The translations under genes and the position numbers were made by a program. From contig JACQAM010000005.1 of assembly GCA_016194975.1 (NCBI GenBank), positions 85,266-149,265 on the forward strand: a stretch of 64,000 nt of DNA. The letters run 5' to 3'. This DNA comes from Bacteroidota bacterium. GTDB taxonomy: Bacteria; Bacteroidota; Bacteroidia; Palsa-965. The notes beneath the pieces were generated by a model. It did no database searches. It was not told the origin of the DNA and saw only the letters and a list, made by a program, of their open reading frames with translations. This document shows, piece after piece, positions 58,526 to 64,000 of the stretch (position 1 is its first letter; each line of letters opens with the position of its first letter).

Positions 58526-61500
58526 TTACTCCTTCACAAACTTCATCGTGTGCATCACTTTTCCATCTAAAATGTGCAACGTATAAACTCCGGCCGCAAG
58601 ATCTGCAGTTCCTATATTCACTTTCGCATCGGAAGCAGTCATCGTTTTTACTTTCTGCCCGAGTGCATTCCATATCGTAATGGTGTAACCATCATTCGGG
58701 ACAGGAAGTGTTATTTCAATTTGTTGCATCGTGCTGTTGTAAAACGCAGAAGGATCTGTTGCGGAAAGTGGTTGTACTCCTGCACAACCCACAACTATGG
58801 TCTGTGAAGTGGTCGTGTTAGTTCCGCAGGCATTCGTTACGGTCAACTGCGCCGTGTAACTTCCGGGATTGATGTAGTAAACCGTTTCAGTGGAGTTGGT
58901 ACTCGTTGCCGGTGTTCCCCCGGTGAACGTCCATGAGAAAGAAGTGGAACTTGAAGAACCCGATCCGTCGAATACAAGTGTCTGGTATTCGCAAACTGTA
59001 GTGTCGCTCGCAGTGACCATTGCCACCGGCGGATCATCCACATTGATATCGATGGTTGTGTTGCTCACGCATCCGTTCGCACCTGTGCCCTGCAGGTTGT
59101 ACGAAATGCTCTGCGTGGGCGTACTCGTTACATTCGCACCCGTAGTTGCGCTCAGGTACGTGCCAGGGCTCCACACGTACGAGCTCGCGCCCGACGCTGC
59201 GAGCGCTATCGGTGTTCCGGTGCAATATGTAGTTTGATTCGGAGTGAGCGTTACATTTAAAACAGGATTCGGATTCACCGTGATATTTACAAATGAAGAA
59301 TCGAACAAATGACATCCGCCGCCAATCACATACAATATTGCCTGGTAACTTCCTGCACTGTTGTACAACACCGATTGCATAATGTTGTTTGATGTGATGG
59401 GTGTTGTTCCCGGAAAATACCAGAGCAGTGTGTCTTCGAATGTAGAACCGGTAGCATCAAAACTCACCTGGTTGCCTGCGCACAATGTAAGCGGGCTCGC
59501 TGTAAAAGTGGAAACAGTATTTTCACCAGTGAGCGACGGATGCATGTACAAAGAAATATCGAGCGTCCATGATCCTGCCGTATTGTACTGGTGCCACGTG
59601 TTGTTACTTTGTTTTTCCCAAACAGCAGAAGGAGTTGTCTGTCCCGTGGTATTGCTCACAATGGAAAGTGTATCGTGATTTGTGGGCCAATTTAAATTCG
59701 TCACATCTACACTCACAAAAAATTTCTTCGAAGCAGGAAGTGTGATCGGATTATTCACATAAGAAATATCGGTGTAATAATTATTGCTCACATCGCCCAT
59801 GATCTGTCCCATGGTAAGATTCATTGTAGATCCGATCTGCGCGCCGGGACTTCCGCTTGTTCCATCGTAAACTTTCACCGGAACTATTTTCGCAGGATTA
59901 CTTGAATAAGCAAGTCCGAACGCGATCCACAGATCGACCATTTGTGTGTATGGACTTGATGACGCATCGAAGTACATTGCTTTTTCTTTATCGAGATTCG
60001 ATTCCAGTCCATTGATCCAACCATTTTGTCCGACTGTTGCACCTGTGTAATAATTTACGGGACTCCATGTTCCCGGCGGAGGATAATTAATTTTTGTACA
60101 ACCATTCGCAACATTCACCGTGATGTAATTCGGCGCAGTGTAAGTATTCGATCCATGCGAATTGGTAACTGTCAATGAAACATTGTAAGCACCGGGTGTG
60201 TTGTAAGTAATGAGCGGAGGATTCTGTCCATTGAAAGTTGCAGGAGTTCCGCCGGAGAAACTCCACGACCATGTAGTAGGAAGATAAACCGACTGATCTG
60301 TAAATTGCACCGATCCGCCGGCAGTAACAGTTGTGACATTCGCAGTGAATGCAGCAACCGGCGGCCAGTTAAGCGTTCCACTAATGCACGACATAGCAGC
60401 AGCGGCATCAATTCTTCCCGCGCCAAGTTGCCCGATGTAAGAAGAATTCATCGCGTCAATATTTGTTGCAGATGAGGAGAGACAATTGCGGATATCTGTT
60501 GGCGTCAATCCCGGATTCAATGAAAGCATCAATCCACAAAGGCCGGCAACCATCGGGCACGCCATAGAAGTTCCCGACATATTTCCGTAGGCATTTCCGG
60601 GAAGTGTAGAATAAATATTATTTCCGGGCGCAGTGATGTCGACCCAGTTTCCATAATTGGAAAAACTTGCTTTGGTATCATTGCTATTCGATGCAGCAAC
60701 TGCAATACACTCGGTGTAACCGGCAGGATAAAAAATTGAACTCGAATTATTATTTCCTGCAGCAGCAACGAGTACGCACCCCTGATTGCTTGCCCATGTA
60801 ATAATATTCTGCGCCGTTGCAGAACTGCTTGCCGATCCCCACGACATGCTGATCACATCTGCACCTGCAGCAACGGCATACACCACTCCATCGTATCCAT
60901 TCGTAACAGAAGAAGGAGAAGCAGAATTCGCCGTTGCTTTCACTGCAATAATTTTACAACTGTAACCGATAGATGCAATTCCTGTACTGTTGTTCGTACG
61001 CGCGCTCGCAATTCCCGCGCAATGTGTTCCGTGATCGAAAGTAGCATTCGGCGGATTCGGATTATTATCATTGTCTGCTACATCAAATCCGTTCACATCA
61101 TCAATGTATCCGTTTCCGTCATCATCAATTCCATTGGTAGGATTTTCTCCGGGATTCACCCAGATATTTGCAGAAAGATCTACGTGTGTGCGATCGACCG
61201 CATTATCAACGATCGCAATTTTTATAGTTGAGCCGGAAGAAAAAGAATTCCATGCAGTAGCTGCATTGATCACGCCGAGATGCCACTCGGAACTATACGA
61301 AGGATCATTCGGCACAAGACATTCTTCATCGAGCGGAACGCGTTCCGAATAGACCACATCATTTGTTTTATCAAGATCACCGATGATGTTCATCACATTA
61401 CTTACATCACTGAATTCGAGAAGAAAAGTGCGCTGCAGCACTGGGGAATTTTTTGCTGCTGCGAACGGGCGCGACAAATGAGTGAAATTGTATTTTTTGC

Positions 61501-61711
61501 TGAGACCGTTCAGAGAAGGAAGAGTTCCCATTGGGAGATTACGCGGATCTTCGTGAATATTATTCACCAGGCGAACGGTACTCTTCACCTGGAACCAGAT
61601 TTTTCCGTCCTGGTAACCGGGATAAATTTTCTGAGCCTGAATAGCGATCGAGAGGAGAAATACGAATGAGGTGAGTAAAAGTTTTTTCATTTTAAAACGT
61701 TTTAGGTTCAA
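58526..61711 (-). CDS. Subtilisin-like S8 serine peptidase with PKD/Ig-like repeats and T9SS C-terminal domain
   Basis: Catalytic triad regions DNAVD(R)TH, HGTHCAG and GTSMACP. Multiple ~90-aa repeats. C-terminal ...YTLHILDGKV...MKFVKE CTD. Confidence 0.8.
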   Translation of the reverse strand: MNLKRFKMKKLLLTSFVFLLSIAIQAQKIYPGYQDGKIWFQVKSTVRLVNNIHEDPRNLPMGTLPSLNGLSKKYNFTHLSRPFAAAKNSPVLQRTFLLEFSDVSNVMNIIGDLDKTNDVVYSERVPLDEECLVPNDPSYSSEWHLGVINAATAWNSFSSGSTIKIAIVDNAVDRTHVDLSANIWVNPGENPTNGIDDDGNGYIDDVNGFDVADNDNNPNPPNATFDHGTHCAGIASARTNNSTGIASIGYSCKIIAVKATANSASPSSVTNGYDGVVYAVAAGADVISMSWGSASSSATAQNIITWASNQGCVLVAAAGNNNSSSIFYPAGYTECIAVAASNSNDTKASFSNYGNWVDITAPGNNIYSTLPGNAYGNMSGTSMACPMVAGLCGLMLSLNPGLTPTDIRNCLSSSATNIDAMNSSYIGQLGAGRIDAAAAMSCISGTLNWPPVAAFTANVTTVTAGGSVQFTDQSVYLPTTWSWSFSGGTPATFNGQNPPLITYNTPGAYNVSLTVTNSHGSNTYTAPNYITVNVANGCTKINYPPPGTWSPVNYYTGATVGQNGWINGLESNLDKEKAMYFDASSSPYTQMVDLWIAFGLAYSSNPAKIVPVKVYDGTSGSPGAQIGSTMNLTMGQIMGDVSNNYYTDISYVNNPITLPASKKFFVSVDVTNLNWPTNHDTLSIVSNTTGQTTPSAVWEKQSNNTWHQYNTAGSWTLDISLYMHPSLTGENTVSTFTASPLTLCAGNQVSFDATGSTFEDTLLWYFPGTTPITSNNIMQSVLYNSAGSYQAILYVIGGGCHLFDSSFVNITVNPNPVLNVTLTPNQTTYCTGTPIALAASGASSYVWSPGTYLSATTGANVTSTPTQSISYNLQGTGANGCVSNTTIDINVDDPPVAMVTASDTTVCEYQTLVFDGSGSSSSTSFSWTFTGGTPATSTNSTETVYYINPGSYTAQLTVTNACGTNTTTSQTIVVGCAGVQPLSATDPSAFYNSTMQQIEITLPVPNDGYTITIWNALGQKVKTMTASDAKVNIGTADLAAGVYTLHILDGKVMHTMKFVKE

Positions 61712-61890
61712 TTTCGGAAAGGGGCGTTTTTGACGCTACTAAAAATGCGGAAAAAAACTGAGTAAGTCAAGGAATATTCTAATGTGTTAATGGAGAAATG
61801 TGCTAATATGCTAATGGGGCAATAAGAAAATTATCGATGGATAAAAAAATCTTACAAAAATATTATTGTTGCAGGGGAAAAAATATTTAG

Positions 61891-61994
61891 GGCATCTCTA
61901 AAAACACAGAAATGCAAGGCGGGAATTTACTATTCGTAAATGAGGATTTTGAGGACGTAGCCCAACGCAGCAGTTCGAAGTTATTAGAGATGCT
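61891..61994. repeat. MITE/REP-like element copy (internal 16-nt deletion relative to the 58353 copy), just beyond the 3' end of fabI
   Basis: Same termini and core. It lacks CAAGCCCGAAAAACCG. Confidence 0.7.
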
Positions 61995-62039
61995 CTTTAT
62001 TAAAAATAAATGACTGCCGCTGCCGCTAAATGCTGCCGC

Positions 62040-62864
62040 CTACTGCTTACTGTTCCCCGCTACAATCTCCATCACTTCTGTACTCACTCCGGTCATGGAA
62101 AATCCTCCATCGTGGTAGAGATTTTGCATGGTTACCATTTTAGTCATATCAGAAAATAACATCACGCAGAAATTTGCGCAATCTTCTGCACTCGCATTTC
62201 CCAATGGAGAAAGCTTTTCGGCATAACCGAAAAAGTCTTCGAAACCTTTTATTCCTCCACCGGCAGTAGTTTTTGTAGGCGACTGGGAAACCGTATTCAC
62301 ACGCACCTTTTTGCTTTTGCCATAATGATAACCAAAACTTCTGCCGATGGATTCGAGCATTGCTTTTGCATCGGCCATATCGGAATAAAATGAAAATGTT
62401 CTTTGAGCCGCTATGTAAGAAAGCCCAACAAAGCTTCCCCACTCGTTCATGGCATCGAGCTGGTAAGCGGCGCTCATCATTTTGTGAAAAGACATGGCGC
62501 TCACATCGATCGACTTCATATAAAAATCATAATTCAGCCCGGCGTAAGGAATATTTTTCCGGATGTTTGGCGACATGCCAATGGAATGCAGCACAAAATC
62601 TATTTTGCCACCGAGCGTTTCCATTGATTGCTGAAAAAGATTTTTCAGCTCGTCCATATTCGTTGCATCGGCAGGAATTATTTTCGATCCGCATTGTTCA
62701 GCAAGTTTGTTGATCTCGCCCATGCGCATGGCTATTGGCGCATTCGTGAGTGTGAATGTTGCGCCTTCCGCGTGTGCGCGTTCCGCAACTTTCCACGCGA
62801 TGGAATTCGAATCGAGTGCACCCGAGATGATTCCGCGTTTTCCTTTGAGCAGGTTGTAGGCCAT
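62040..62864 (-). CDS. fabI: Enoyl-[acyl-carrier-protein] reductase [NADH]
   Basis: MAYNLLKGKRGIISGALDSNSIAWKVA N-terminus and Y-x6-K active-site region of FabI-type SDRs. Confidence 0.9.
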   Translation of the reverse strand: MAYNLLKGKRGIISGALDSNSIAWKVAERAHAEGATFTLTNAPIAMRMGEINKLAEQCGSKIIPADATNMDELKNLFQQSMETLGGKIDFVLHSIGMSPNIRKNIPYAGLNYDFYMKSIDVSAMSFHKMMSAAYQLDAMNEWGSFVGLSYIAAQRTFSFYSDMADAKAMLESIGRSFGYHYGKSKKVRVNTVSQSPTKTTAGGGIKGFEDFFGYAEKLSPLGNASAEDCANFCVMLFSDMTKMVTMQNLYHDGGFSMTGVSTEVMEIVAGNSKQ

Positions 62865-63068
62865 TTTTATTTTATTTGGAAGTGTAAAGTGTAAAGATAG
62901 AAACGTGAACGGAACATGGACATCTGAAGAAAAAATAACTTTATCTTTTAATTATGATTCCGGGAAGAATGAAATTGGTATTCTTTATTTTTTCATGCGG
63001 GGTGGCGAGTAAAATATTGCGATTTTTTTGGAGGGAAAATCAGGATGAATATTATTTATTTTCGTTGA

Positions 63069-63638
63069 ATGAGAAAAGTTGAAATTCCACCTGAACTTTT
63101 AAAGGATCCTCCGCGTGATATTAATGTGGCCGGCACTAAATTCCATTTCCCTTCCGCATTCACTTATATCATTGTTATTCTATTTTTTACTTTCTACGTA
63201 ATTTTCAGAACCTCATTCTCAGCGCAGAGATATACAAAAAATGACACCGAGGTTTTGATTGGTATTACAGTCGTTATTTTACTGATCTATATTTCTTCAA
63301 GATCCATTCAACTCAAAAAATATTACCGCGACGGCCATCTTTTCATTGGAAGAATTACAGCTATAAAAGATGCTTCCATTGCTAAACAAATTTTCATGCC
63401 ACGCACCAGCCATCATGATTGTCGGGTTTTTATCATCTTCTCAACAAATGAAGGAATTCATTTCAGAGGCGAGATCGATCTTCATAACCGGAATGAACAT
63501 TTGAAATCCGGGGATGAAGTTGCCGTTCTTTATTGTAAGGATGCGAGCAACCGTTTCGCAGTTTATGCACAAGAACTTCCTTTTACTCTTGGAAAAATTG
63601 TTGCAGAGAATCCGGCTCATCAAACTGAAAACGGGTAA
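63069..63638 (+). CDS. Hypothetical membrane protein (two N-terminal TM helices)
   Basis: ORF with hydrophobic N-terminal region. No family recognised. Confidence 0.4.
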   Translation: MRKVEIPPELLKDPPRDINVAGTKFHFPSAFTYIIVILFFTFYVIFRTSFSAQRYTKNDTEVLIGITVVILLIYISSRSIQLKKYYRDGHLFIGRITAIKDASIAKQIFMPRTSHHDCRVFIIFSTNEGIHFRGEIDLHNRNEHLKSGDEVAVLYCKDASNRFAVYAQELPFTLGKIVAENPAHQTENG

Positions 63639-63865
63639 TTGACTTTTCTTATCGGTTGAATTTATTGCCTTTATTAGATTCATTATCAATTAACTATCCA
63701 AGTACAAACGTTTGCAATCAACTATATCCGTCTATAAATAGTTGAAAGCCGAATAACTTTTGCGGCACACCACACCTTTGCAGCGTCGATCAACAAAAAG
63801 TGTCGGCGAAAAAATTTAAGGCATAATTCAATTAGTACGTAAATCAATTTTTATTTTTTTCAATA

Positions 63866-64000
63866 TGAAAGCAACTATGAAAAAGAACAATGTAAAACTG
63901 GTGGTCAATCTCGGAACAAACCCGGGTTTGCGTCACTTCAAAAGCGGGAAGCGCATGGCCATCTTTTCGGTCGCATCCGTTGAACCGGATCCTGAAACAA
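63866..64000 (+). CDS. 5' end (partial) of a probable single-stranded-DNA-binding protein
   Basis: NNVKLVVNLGTNPGLRHFKSGKRMAIFSVAS resembles the SSB OB-fold N-terminus (NKVILIGNLG.DPE.R....G..VA.F.LA). It is truncated by the window end. Confidence 0.4.

Overview
This 64 kb window looks like Bacteroidota chromosomal DNA. The basis is seven proteins ending in type-A T9SS C-terminal sorting domains, TAnnTTTG -7 promoter boxes, Bacteroidota-style Lgt and IF-3, and moderately AT-rich sequence. Most of the window is housekeeping: rpmB/rpmG/pepP, aroK, an acyl-CoA carboxyltransferase, thrS-infC-rpmI-rplT, rocD, rlmD, lpdA, ribBA, recN, sucD, mtaB, lgt, suhB-like, fabI. Secreted T9SS cargo genes are interleaved, including a PLD-like protein, an S8 subtilase, an SBBP-propeller protein and thioredoxin-like proteins. 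The accessory features of most interest are listed below.
- At 29.5-34.6 kb there is a three-gene minus-strand module. It has a single-domain AAA+ ATPase, then a 914-aa DUF4157 (HExxH zincin-like) protein carrying internal ~60-aa tandem repeats and an unrecognisable C-terminal region, then a lipoprotein. No eCIS or T6SS structural genes are visible. I read it as a candidate polymorphic-toxin or effector-loading system.
- At 11.5-14.35 kb there is an Lgt-paralog plus Cys-rich radical-SAM operon, followed by two tandem paralogous small membrane proteins.
- At 7.2-8.15 kb there is a canonical RES-Xre toxin-antitoxin pair. Twin GACATTTGTC palindromes bracket its -7 promoter box.
- At 36.9-39.0 kb there is a degraded mobile-element scar. 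It contains a terminator hairpin, a 5 x 42-bp palindromic tandem array, an IS66-transposase C-terminal pseudogene, and 35-bp direct repeats flanking an orphan RES-domain gene.
- A ~120-bp MITE/REP-like inverted-repeat element occurs in six full or partial copies, all at gene 3' ends.
- Two further non-coding motif families are present. One is an ~90-nt motif with compensatory hairpin changes in its two copies. The other is a CCCGAATTAATTCGG palindrome motif.
No rRNA, tRNA or CRISPR arrays were seen.
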